Source of the DNA: an uncultured Ignavibacteria bacterium
GTDB lineage: Bacteria > Bacteroidota > Ignavibacteria > Kapaibacteriales > Kapaibacteriaceae
Direction: 5' to 3'
Length of the DNA: 64,000 nt
Assembly: GCA_937870915.1 (NCBI GenBank)
Contig: CALMZQ010000020.1
Location: 14,843 to 78,842, forward strand
Positions 8,401-15,561 of the stretch are shown in pieces; the stretch's first letter is position 1, and every line of letters begins with the position of its first letter. The notes beneath the pieces were generated by a model. It saw nothing but the letters and a program-made list of their open reading frames with translations. It did no database searches and had not been told where the DNA came from. A program made the position numbers and the translations under genes.

Positions 8401-9858
8401 ATGAACCTCAGTCGCACCCGCCTCTGCATTTGCTCTTGCTTCGCGCTTGTAATGTGTGTTCCTGGCCTGCCCCTTATCGCTACCACATTGAACGTTGGTG
8501 CAGGCAAGACCTATCCAACGATCCAGTCGGCCATCATCCAGGCACAGCCGGGCGATACGGTGCTGATCCATCCCGGGACGTACACCACGTCGACGTATAT
8601 CGTTGAGAAGAACGGCACGTTTGGTGTCGATATCGTGATCAGGGGTGTATCCCAAACATCCGTGATCATCGAAGGTCCTTCATCCTCAATGCAGTTCGTT
8701 GATTGTTCTCACATTACCGTTGAGAACCTCACGATGCGGGGACAGAAAGGCAATGCCTTGTTCTTTGATGATGGGGGCACCATCGAAACTCCTTCGCGAT
8801 ACATCACTGTCCGCAACATTGTGTTTGAGGATATGGAGGGGGCGAGCAATGTGAACACGAACTTCCTGAAGATGGCAGGTGTAGACAACTTCTTTATCAG
8901 TAGGTGTACATTCAGTAGAGGCCCCGTGAATAGTCTAGGGATCGATCTTGTAGGATGTCATGACGGTTACATCTATGGGTGCGATTTGCAAGGGACAATT
9001 TCTGGAGGTATACAGGCAAAGGGTGGATCACAATTCATCGATATCTATAACAACACCTTTGTTGATTGTGGGGACCGCGCTATCAACATTGGCGGCAATA
9101 CCGGACTCCCCTTCTTCCGTCCAGCAGATGCAACGTTTGAGGCATCAAATATCAACGTCTACACAAACACCTTTGTGGGTTGTCGTGCGGCCATCGCCTT
9201 TGCCGGTGCCGTGAATTCTGAGGTAATAAACAACACCATCGTCGACCCATCAGCTTGGCCCTTTCGTATTCTTCAAGAGAGCGTAGATGCCTCGCGATTT
9301 GAGCCGTGCGGCAACAACATCATTCAGAACAACATCATCGTCTTTCGAAACACATTGAATGCACACTTCAATGTTGGACCCAACACCGCGCCCGAGACCT
9401 TCACTGTTTCGCACAACCTCTGGTACAACTCCGATGTGCCGTCGCGTTCCAACGAAAACATCGCCCCTGTGAACGAGACAATGTCTTTATACGGAGAAGA
9501 CCCACTGTTCACTGCCTCACCAACCGACCTAACGATCAGCTCCATAAGTCCAGCGGTTGGTAAGGGGCTCAGCACCACTCTACCATCGCGCGACAAACGC
9601 AACAAACGTTATGCATCGCCCCCTAGCATCGGAGCATATGAGGGGGCAACCACAACAAGCGTGTTTGAGAACGGCACGACCGAACATCGATCCATCACAC
9701 GCACCACCACCGGCTTCATCGTCCGACTCCCGAACGATGGTCAACGAAGATCATGCGCGCTCTACGACCTACGCGGCCGACTACTCCGTCGATTCGAGCT
9801 TGATGGCGGTGAACATCACGTGCCGGCAGGTTTGCAGGAGTTCTTGGTGGTGGAGTAA
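8401..9858 (+). CDS. secreted right-handed parallel beta-helix (pectin-lyase-fold) protein with T9SS C-terminal sorting domain
   Basis: Signal peptide MNLSRTRLCICSCFALVMCVPG and an N-terminus GAGKTYPTIQSAIIQAQPGDTVLIHPGTY. Repeated NxxF/I beta-helix turns. C-terminal about 70 aa (..RSCALYDLRGRLLRRFELDGGEHHVPAGLQEFLVVE) look like a T9SS CTD. Confidence 0.7.
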   Translation: MNLSRTRLCICSCFALVMCVPGLPLIATTLNVGAGKTYPTIQSAIIQAQPGDTVLIHPGTYTTSTYIVEKNGTFGVDIVIRGVSQTSVIIEGPSSSMQFVDCSHITVENLTMRGQKGNALFFDDGGTIETPSRYITVRNIVFEDMEGASNVNTNFLKMAGVDNFFISRCTFSRGPVNSLGIDLVGCHDGYIYGCDLQGTISGGIQAKGGSQFIDIYNNTFVDCGDRAINIGGNTGLPFFRPADATFEASNINVYTNTFVGCRAAIAFAGAVNSEVINNTIVDPSAWPFRILQESVDASRFEPCGNNIIQNNIIVFRNTLNAHFNVGPNTAPETFTVSHNLWYNSDVPSRSNENIAPVNETMSLYGEDPLFTASPTDLTISSISPAVGKGLSTTLPSRDKRNKRYASPPSIGAYEGATTTSVFENGTTEHRSITRTTTGFIVRLPNDGQRRSCALYDLRGRLLRRFELDGGEHHVPAGLQEFLVVE

Positions 9859-9874
9859 CTCGTATCTTTTCTAC

Positions 9875-9985
9875 ATGCAAAAACACCACACGTTGGTCTT
9901 CGTGGCCGTGATCTGTGTACTTCTCGGGTGTGAACCCGATATCATGATGTATCAGAATCTACGAACGTTGCAGACGCGGATATGA
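9875..9985 (+). CDS. candidate 36-aa mini-lipoprotein (MQKHHTLVFVAVICVLLGCEPDIMMYQNLRTLQTRI)
   Basis: ATG 9875 lies within ORF 9557..9985. Textbook lipobox (VLLGC). A one-mismatch -7 box, TATCTTTT, sits 4 nt upstream. The ORF is very short and has no homology support. Confidence 0.3.
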   Translation: MQKHHTLVFVAVICVLLGCEPDIMMYQNLRTLQTRI

Positions 9986-10013
9986 TCGACAAGGGTCTGT
10001 TCTCTATTCTCTG

Positions 10014-10075
10014 TTCGCTATTCGCTATTCGCTATTCGCTATTCGCTATTCGCTATTCGCTATTCGCTATTCGCC
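10014..10075. repeat. perfect heptamer microsatellite (TTCGCTA) x8 plus a partial unit
   Basis: Counted directly: units start at 10014, 10021, ... 10063, followed by TTCGCC. The array supplies the stop codon and last codons of the minus-strand gene ending at 10053. Confidence 0.95.
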
Positions 10076-10883
10076 CCCTCCAATACACCTTCCTTCCTTC
10101 CTCCAGGATCCACGCTACTTCACCTTCTCCTGGCACGAGCATGCCGTTCATTCGGATGTAGTTCTTCCATCTTCCTTCCCATGGTGTGGGGACAACGGTG
10201 CCGTTGACTTCCCGGCCGCGGTCTTCTGCTCTGATGCTGCTCATGAGTCCGTCTGGGCCGAACGTTGAGGTGAGAGTTGCAGTGAGCTCCCCTGTTGTGA
10301 AGGTCACACGGGCGGAGGTGTCGGTAAGGGGCTGCCATAACGCCCCCTGACTCGGCAACATGGCGGTGGGATACCACGCGGTCTCGGCACACCACCGTAG
10401 ATACTCTCCGTAGTCGAAGGCACTGCCCGATTGTTCCATCATGGTGATGAGTCCGATCACTGAGGCGTGAAGGAGCCCCCTACCGTCAACAAATGCATCA
10501 TGGACGTGTGCCTTGATGCCGGGGAACATGGCGATCCGCGCGTCCCAGAGAAAACCGGGCTCGCGTGTGGAGATGTATTGCTTTGAGGTGAATGGTACCC
10601 ACTTGTCTTGCGACATGTCCATCTCTCCTTCATGCTCGAGGTAGACCTCGCGAATGATCGGCTGTCCAGGCACGAGAACCAATCGCAGATATCGTTGCAC
10701 ACACGACGGAAGACCATCAAGCTCGTGCGGATCATACGTAGCGGGAATGGGGCTCTGCATTGCACCATAGAGCTGCGATCGCAACGATTCTGTACGCGTT
10801 GCCCATCGCCAGTATCCACATATGTAGACGATGCCGATGATGAGAGCAGCAACACAAACGATGATGAGTATGATCCTAAGCAT
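10053..10883 (-). CDS. hypothetical membrane-anchored protein
   Basis: From ATG 10883: MLRIILIIVCVAALIIGIVYICGYW (TM anchor), then a globular domain of about 250 aa. No family named with confidence. The ORF track starts at TTG 10916. Confidence 0.55.
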   Translation of the reverse strand: MLRIILIIVCVAALIIGIVYICGYWRWATRTESLRSQLYGAMQSPIPATYDPHELDGLPSCVQRYLRLVLVPGQPIIREVYLEHEGEMDMSQDKWVPFTSKQYISTREPGFLWDARIAMFPGIKAHVHDAFVDGRGLLHASVIGLITMMEQSGSAFDYGEYLRWCAETAWYPTAMLPSQGALWQPLTDTSARVTFTTGELTATLTSTFGPDGLMSSIRAEDRGREVNGTVVPTPWEGRWKNYIRMNGMLVPGEGEVAWILEEGRKVYWRGRIANSE

Positions 10884-10979
10884 AAGGTCTCTCAATGGCT
10901 GGTCACTATTGCGCAACGTAGTAGCACGAATCTATCTCTCCCCCTGAAGAATGTCTATGACGTTTGTCACGTTGCCTCA

Positions 10980-11064
10980 TCCCTCGACTCCGCTCGGGAT
11001 GACGCTGTGCCTCTTCGCCCTTTCGCCTCTTCGCCTAGTCCCTCGACTCCGCTCGGGATGACGC
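10980..11064. repeat. two identical 26-nt direct repeats (TCCCTCGACTCCGCTCGGGATGACGC) separated by a CTCTTCGCC-type mini-array
   Basis: Copies at 10980-11005 and 11039-11064. The spacer contains cctcttcgcc / ctttcgcc / tcttcgcc. Confidence 0.85.
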
Positions 11065-11268
11065 CACTAAGTCATTTCTTCTATTCTTCGTTTCGACGAA
11101 AGAGTAAAATTCAACAATCTCACAAGCATCGCAGCTACCAGCGGCACCTATAGATCAGACAAGTTTACTCCACTGACGTATGAAGTTTGCGAACTCAGGC
11201 TCGCTCTTGTCAACCTCTTCATGGGTGCTCGAAGGTTCTTAGATATTGGTCTACTTCATTGGGTTGGG

Positions 11269-11673
11269 TCATGGTTCAGTCCCTAGCGGACAATACACGT
11301 CGATCCTCACACCAAAGGGATCGTCAACACAAGAAAAACGCATGCGATCATACATCGTTGTGTCACGCGGAGTCATTCCCGCGGTTGCTCCTGCAGCTAT
11401 GAGGGCATCATACAAGGCATCTACTTCTGAAGGAACAGAGACCTCAATGGCAAACTCGGTATTACAAGGATTTCGATCTGTCGCTGTTCCGGCACTGCTC
11501 GGGAACATGGTTAGCCATGTTGAGCCCATCTTCCAGCCATAGAGAACCTCGTTCTCTTCCGTGTATTGGTGCGGACCAAACACTGTGGTATAGAATGCTA
11601 CGGCTGCTTCGATGTCCCGCATATAGAGCGAAACAAAACTCAGACCTTTGATCGTAAATGGTATTGGTGACAT
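11269..11673 (-). CDS. VOC family protein (glyoxalase/bleomycin-resistance fold)
   Basis: FVSLYMRDIEAAVAFYTTVFGP N-terminal motif, and about 130 aa in size, typical of VOC proteins. Confidence 0.7.
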   Translation of the reverse strand: MSPIPFTIKGLSFVSLYMRDIEAAVAFYTTVFGPHQYTEENEVLYGWKMGSTWLTMFPSSAGTATDRNPCNTEFAIEVSVPSEVDALYDALIAAGATAGMTPRDTTMYDRMRFSCVDDPFGVRIDVYCPLGTEP

Positions 11674-11948
11674 ACAGGGGTGTTTTCAGTATGGAATAAC
11701 TTTTTTAAGAGGAAGAGAGGTACAGACCCTCTCGAGGATACGCCGAGAAGGTTGAACTAGCTTCCGATCTAAACCTCGGCAGACAACATACGATCTGCTC
11801 ACCGGTTTCGCTCACATCGATGGTCTCCAACTAACCGACGTTTGCGAAAAGGCCTGATGACCACCATCTGCGCACTTTCGCACCATGTCTATAATGCTCC
11901 AACGAATCAACGAGGCTAGTCTTGGTATCCGCAAGACTTTGCTGACTT

Positions 11949-12008
11949 GGCGTTGACGCCAGGGAACATGTATATCCGTGCGTCAAAGATGAAGCTTCGG
12001 ACTTGACC
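11949..12008 (-). pseudogene. decayed fragment paralogous to the 10053..10883 gene
   Basis: The minus-strand reading RSFIFDARIYMFPGVNA aligns with PGFLWDARIAMFPGIKA of the 10053..10883 protein. About 16/18 nt are identical over ttgaYgccRgggaacatg. The reading frame breaks immediately on both sides. Confidence 0.4.
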
Positions 12009-12011
12009 GCG

Positions 12012-12407
12012 TCATGCCGTCACAAGTGCGACAACAAGAGTACACGCTAACATCACGAGCAGCACCGGAACCCACAATCGTCTCTCGGGTTTGCTCTTGG
12101 AGATGGAGTTTAAACCAAGTCCAAGGGCCATGTAGGTAACGGGCAGCCAGATGGCGATACGAGACGGTTCAAGGAGGTCCGGCCGCATGAAGCCGGCACG
12201 GGTGAGGACGATCGCAGCAAAGAGTGCAAGGATCACCGTTGAGAGTACAGGGATCAATCGTGCCTTTACCGGGAGAACATCTGGGTACTTGCCACCTAAG
12301 GTGAATTTGCCCCACGGGGCTCCTAGGCCAAGTGCGATCTGAAAGCCGATGGTGAAGGCGGAGAGAACTACAAAGGTGATGGCAGATAGTGATACAATGT
12401 CAGACAT
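12012..12407 (-). CDS. hypothetical four-helix membrane protein
   Basis: 131 aa, almost entirely hydrophobic helices. Confidence 0.55.
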   Translation of the reverse strand: MSDIVSLSAITFVVLSAFTIGFQIALGLGAPWGKFTLGGKYPDVLPVKARLIPVLSTVILALFAAIVLTRAGFMRPDLLEPSRIAIWLPVTYMALGLGLNSISKSKPERRLWVPVLLVMLACTLVVALVTA

Positions 12408-12443
12408 ATATGCTCCGGTGACAAATAATGGTTGTAATCGTAT

Positions 12444-13412
12444 TCAACGTGGTGCTTCTCGGTCATACTGTAATCCGTGACCGCCGTGCTCGCCCCCTAC
12501 ACCTATGATATCTGCACAGGACAACCAGATCGTATTGTCATTTACGAATTCGACATGAAGGCTGTTTGGCGACTCACCGTAGTGGCATTGGAATATGAGT
12601 GTGTTGGCCGAACTGTGCTCTAGAGTATACACCGCCGGTAGATCATGGTTCCATCCGCGACGTTGCAACGTGAGTGTCCACACCGATCCCAACTTCTCGA
12701 TAATGAGTGAGTTGTTCACATAGGACTTGAGGTCTCCTGCGGGAATCGTCAGCGACCCTTCAAACCGGTTCTTGTGCTTCTTTACAAGGCGCAAGTGCAA
12801 CTCCGTAGTATCAAACTTCCACCTCCCAAGTAAACGCTCTATTGGTGGACGCGGATCAGTAGGAGCTGGCAGTTCCGTAGCGAAATGCCCCTTCTCGTCG
12901 TTCTTCACATTGGTATAGGCGTAGGCATGTAACGGTATCCGCCGGTACTTCACACTAAATGTGCGTTCCTTCCCCGACACCGTTACGACTATTGAGTCGG
13001 GTGTAATGAACACATATTCGATCTTCTGCGGGAATTCATGTGCAGCATTCTCAAAACACATAGCTCGCTGTGTTGCCATGGTGCAGGTAAAGGCTATTGG
13101 CCGACCATTATTTTGACGCAACACTGCTGCCGAATACGTCAACTGCCCGTCTCTATATGAGATTGTAAGATCTTCATCCTTTCGAATACCAATACCTACG
13201 GCAGTACCGCTCCACCCCAACATAGATCCGTCCGGCATTGTTCGCCATGCCTCGATCTGTGTCGTGAGTATCGATGGTCTTCTTCCGGCAACGTCTGTTC
13301 GCCATCGCCCTTCCAATCGATGGATGAGGGACAACGTAGCAGTACTATCTTGAGCGCGTACGTCCGAACTCAGGAGTAATATGAGCACGATGAACATCGA
13401 ACTCATAGACAT
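12444..13412 (-). CDS. secreted protein with two lipocalin-like (DUF6265-like) halves
   Basis: Signal peptide MSMSSMFIVLILLLSSDVRAQ. Two halves each open with L(E/L)GRW(R/K). The first contains FENAAHEFPQKIEYVF, which I recall from DUF6265, so the family name is tentative. Confidence 0.5.
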   Translation of the reverse strand: MSMSSMFIVLILLLSSDVRAQDSTATLSLIHRLEGRWRTDVAGRRPSILTTQIEAWRTMPDGSMLGWSGTAVGIGIRKDEDLTISYRDGQLTYSAAVLRQNNGRPIAFTCTMATQRAMCFENAAHEFPQKIEYVFITPDSIVVTVSGKERTFSVKYRRIPLHAYAYTNVKNDEKGHFATELPAPTDPRPPIERLLGRWKFDTTELHLRLVKKHKNRFEGSLTIPAGDLKSYVNNSLIIEKLGSVWTLTLQRRGWNHDLPAVYTLEHSSANTLIFQCHYGESPNSLHVEFVNDNTIWLSCADIIGVGGEHGGHGLQYDREAPR

Positions 13413-13416
13413 GATT

Positions 13417-13770
13417 CTACTTCGTTTGACGCTCAACACAATACTTCACGATGTTCTTCACCAAGGACTTTGGCAAGGGGCTTTCCACTGCAAATCGAAT
13501 GGTTCCCTTACTTGTTGAATATGCTTCAAGTTCCGAAGCAAATGCCTCTACCGGTCCTGCCCCGGGAAAAAGCGAACAATGGTTCTTTGCTGCAGCGAAA
13601 TGTATGAGGTTCTTCCCGTTCAGTTTAAAGGTCGGCACGCCATAGTTGATACACTCAACGGCATTCGGCACAAGAGAACGTATGGTTGCACGCAGGTCTT
13701 CTAGAACCGCGCGTTTGTCCGGGTCGACGCTTGCCAGGTATTGGTCGATGGTGGTAGCTTTGGTTTCCAT
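13417..13770 (-). CDS. DUF1801 (YdhG-like) domain protein
   Basis: IDQYLASVDPDKRAVLEDLRATIRSLVPNAVECINYGVPTFKLNGKNLIHFAA matches the DUF1801 pattern. Confidence 0.7.
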   Translation of the reverse strand: METKATTIDQYLASVDPDKRAVLEDLRATIRSLVPNAVECINYGVPTFKLNGKNLIHFAAAKNHCSLFPGAGPVEAFASELEAYSTSKGTIRFAVESPLPKSLVKNIVKYCVERQTK

Positions 13771-13790
13771 TCCACGATAATAACAACCCC

Positions 13791-14252
13791 ATGATCACCA
13801 ATCCAGAGATCGTCGATATGGAAGAACAGGTGACGGCTTCCGTCCATCTTATTGTACCCATGCGCGAGATGTCGGAGCATATGGATCCCGCTATCGAAGA
13901 GCTCTATGGGATGCTTGCAACTCAGGGAGTAGAGCCTACCGGACCGCTCTTCTCGTATCATCATCGTATACCAACGGATACCTTCGACTTCGAGATCGGC
14001 GTACCAGTTTCCGGTGCGTTTCAGGAAACCGGACGCGTCAAGGTAAGTCTCCTGCCAGCCTGTAGCGTCGTGCGCTCAGTTTATCAAGGACCCTACGAAA
14101 GCCTAGGCCAGGGATGGAGAGAATTCAAGACGGCCGTTGATGAAGGGGGCTTCCCTGTCAGCTCAACGTTCTGGGAACGATATGTGGTTGGTCCGGCCGA
14201 CACGCAAGACCCGGCACAATACCAAACCGAACTCAATTGTGTTCTACGCTGA
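13791..14252 (+). CDS. GyrI-like small-molecule-binding domain protein
   Basis: 153 aa. The pattern (VHLIVPMREMSEHM..., GPLFSYHH..., FEIGVPVSG, ..ERYVVGP) is typical of AraC-effector/GyrI-like domains. Confidence 0.6.
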   Translation: MITNPEIVDMEEQVTASVHLIVPMREMSEHMDPAIEELYGMLATQGVEPTGPLFSYHHRIPTDTFDFEIGVPVSGAFQETGRVKVSLLPACSVVRSVYQGPYESLGQGWREFKTAVDEGGFPVSSTFWERYVVGPADTQDPAQYQTELNCVLR

Positions 14253-14263
14253 TCGATCAAATG

Positions 14264-14542
14264 TTATCGGTCTTCCCTGCCATACCATACTCGAAGTATG
14301 TTAATGGTTTGATCGAGTATGAGATATCGAACAACGTATGAGCCAATGACGATCTCTCGTAACTCTAACGCTATAGGTGATGACACAAGTCGGGACCCTA
14401 GTCGTGGAAATTCCTCGAGATTCGCAACACGCTCGATCAATTCTTCGATGATACTGCTGTAACTCTCGGAATAGTGCTCAATGAGAAAAATCCGGATACG
14501 CTCTAAATCAACGACTGCCTCGTGGGTGTAGACGCATTTCAC
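14264..14542 (-). CDS. type II toxin, ParE/RelE family
   Basis: 92 aa, ending ..YVVRYLILDQTINILRVWYGREDR. It overlaps the upstream RHH gene by 4 nt (14539-14542). Confidence 0.75.
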   Translation of the reverse strand: MKCVYTHEAVVDLERIRIFLIEHYSESYSSIIEELIERVANLEEFPRLGSRLVSSPIALELREIVIGSYVVRYLILDQTINILRVWYGREDR

Positions 14543-14811
14543 CTGGAATCTCTAGGCAAGAGCGTCCCTGAATCACTAGCGCCACTTCTAAGCCATGCAT
14601 GTACATCTTCAGCAGGCACCACTCGACCATTAGAAACGGATTCCAATGCTTCGCGCGTTTGCTCCCATCGATGCCTTTCGGTCGCAGCATGGCCCAGAAA
14701 CTCGCGAAGTGCTTGAATAATGATCCAGCTCTTGCTTCGATCCAACTCGCTCGCAAGAAGAGCCAATTTTGCATCAAGATCAGAATCAAGACGAACACTT
14801 GTAGTAGGCAT
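14539..14811 (-). CDS. ribbon-helix-helix (CopG/ParD-like) antitoxin
   Basis: N-terminal RHH: MPTTSVRLDSDLDAKLALLASELDRSKSWIIIQALREFL. It lies upstream of, and is translationally coupled to, the ParE-like gene. Confidence 0.75.
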   Translation of the reverse strand: MPTTSVRLDSDLDAKLALLASELDRSKSWIIIQALREFLGHAATERHRWEQTREALESVSNGRVVPAEDVHAWLRSGASDSGTLLPRDSR

Positions 14812-14843
14812 GAAGATTCCTTGGAAAAACGACTACAACTGAA

Positions 14844-14862
14844 TACAATGTAATACAATGTA
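14844..14862. promoter_or_regulatory. candidate antitoxin operator: two tandem TACAaTGTA palindromes spaced 10 bp apart
   Basis: aTACAATGTAaTACAATGTAg at 14844-14852 and 14854-14862, 33-51 nt upstream of the antitoxin ATG (14811). Confidence 0.5.
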
Positions 14863-14928
14863 GTCAAATGTGTTCCACTGAGAAATGACCGCGCCGCTCC
14901 GTATCTCTGTACTGACCCACATACCAAC

Positions 14929-15049
14929 GCGCTTAGAAAGGCGCTTGTAGAAAGCGCTTACAAAGCCGCTTACAAAGCCCCTTGAAAAAGGCGCTTGCAG
15001 AAGGCGCTTGAAAAGCCGCTTGCAGAAGGCGCTTAAAAAGCCTTAAAAC
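14929..15049. repeat. about 10 degenerate 11-14-nt tandem units (GCGCTTRNAGAAR) rich in AAGCGCTT-type mini-palindromes
   Basis: gcgcttagaaag gcgcttgtagaaa gcgcttacaaa gccgcttacaaa ... gcgcttaaaaa. The array overlaps the stop codon of the DUF3127 gene (15043-15045). Confidence 0.8.
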
Positions 15050-15420
15050 GGCACATCATCAAAATCATCCTTCGCGCCTGCGCTTGCCGGAGTGATCTGA
15101 CTGTAATCTGCACCTGTAGGTGTGGCTGTACCAGTTGCCGGCTCAATGCGCCATGCTTCGAGGTTTGTGAAGTAGACGGTTTGGCCTTCACGGTTTTGGA
15201 AGGGGCGACCCCGCAAGTTGAAGAGAACCTTCACCTGCTGACCAACCTTGAAGTTGTCGAGCAAGGCACAACGGTCCTGCGTCACCTGAAACTTGATATG
15301 CTGCGGATAGTTGCCATCCTGCATCTCGATTACAAATTCACGCTTCTTGAAGGTGTCTTTCACCTGCTGCGTGTCCATCACGACGTGCATCGTGCCAACG
15401 GCTTCGAATGAGTTTGCCAT
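15043..15420 (-). CDS. DUF3127 domain protein
   Basis: FKKREFVIEMQDGNYPQHIKFQVTQDRCALLDNFKVGQQVKVLFNLRGRPFQNREGQTVYFTNLEAWRIE matches my recollection of DUF3127 (OB-like), a family common in Bacteroidota. Confidence 0.65.
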   Translation of the reverse strand: MANSFEAVGTMHVVMDTQQVKDTFKKREFVIEMQDGNYPQHIKFQVTQDRCALLDNFKVGQQVKVLFNLRGRPFQNREGQTVYFTNLEAWRIEPATGTATPTGADYSQITPASAGAKDDFDDVPF

Positions 15421-15458
15421 ATTCGTTCTTTCGTTCCTTAGTTACAGAGATACAGAGT

Positions 15459-15561
15459 TACGGAGTTACGTACATCGGGCTTCAGCCCTGTGTTACGGAG
15501 TTACGGAATTACTAGCGTCGGGCTCTAGCCCGATGTTACTAGCGTCGGGCTAAAGCCCGAC
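15459..15561. repeat. GTTACGGA octamers interleaved with three REP-like palindromes TCGGGCTnnAGCCCGA
   Basis: Palindromes at 15475-15488 (degenerate), 15508-15523 and 15545-15560. GTTACGGA-type units lie at 15459-15470 and 15492-15507. The last palindrome encodes the final alaS codons and its stop. Confidence 0.85.

Noticed and set aside
8242-8655. 137-aa minus-strand ORF spanning the 8276 gene start and the beta-helix gene start
   Set aside because: It overlaps two better-supported genes and the promoter box, and its translation is Arg/Gly-rich without features.
14508-14927. 139-aa minus-strand ORF over the toxin-antitoxin pair
   Set aside because: It is in an alternative frame of the well-supported RHH/ParE genes and has no family resemblance.
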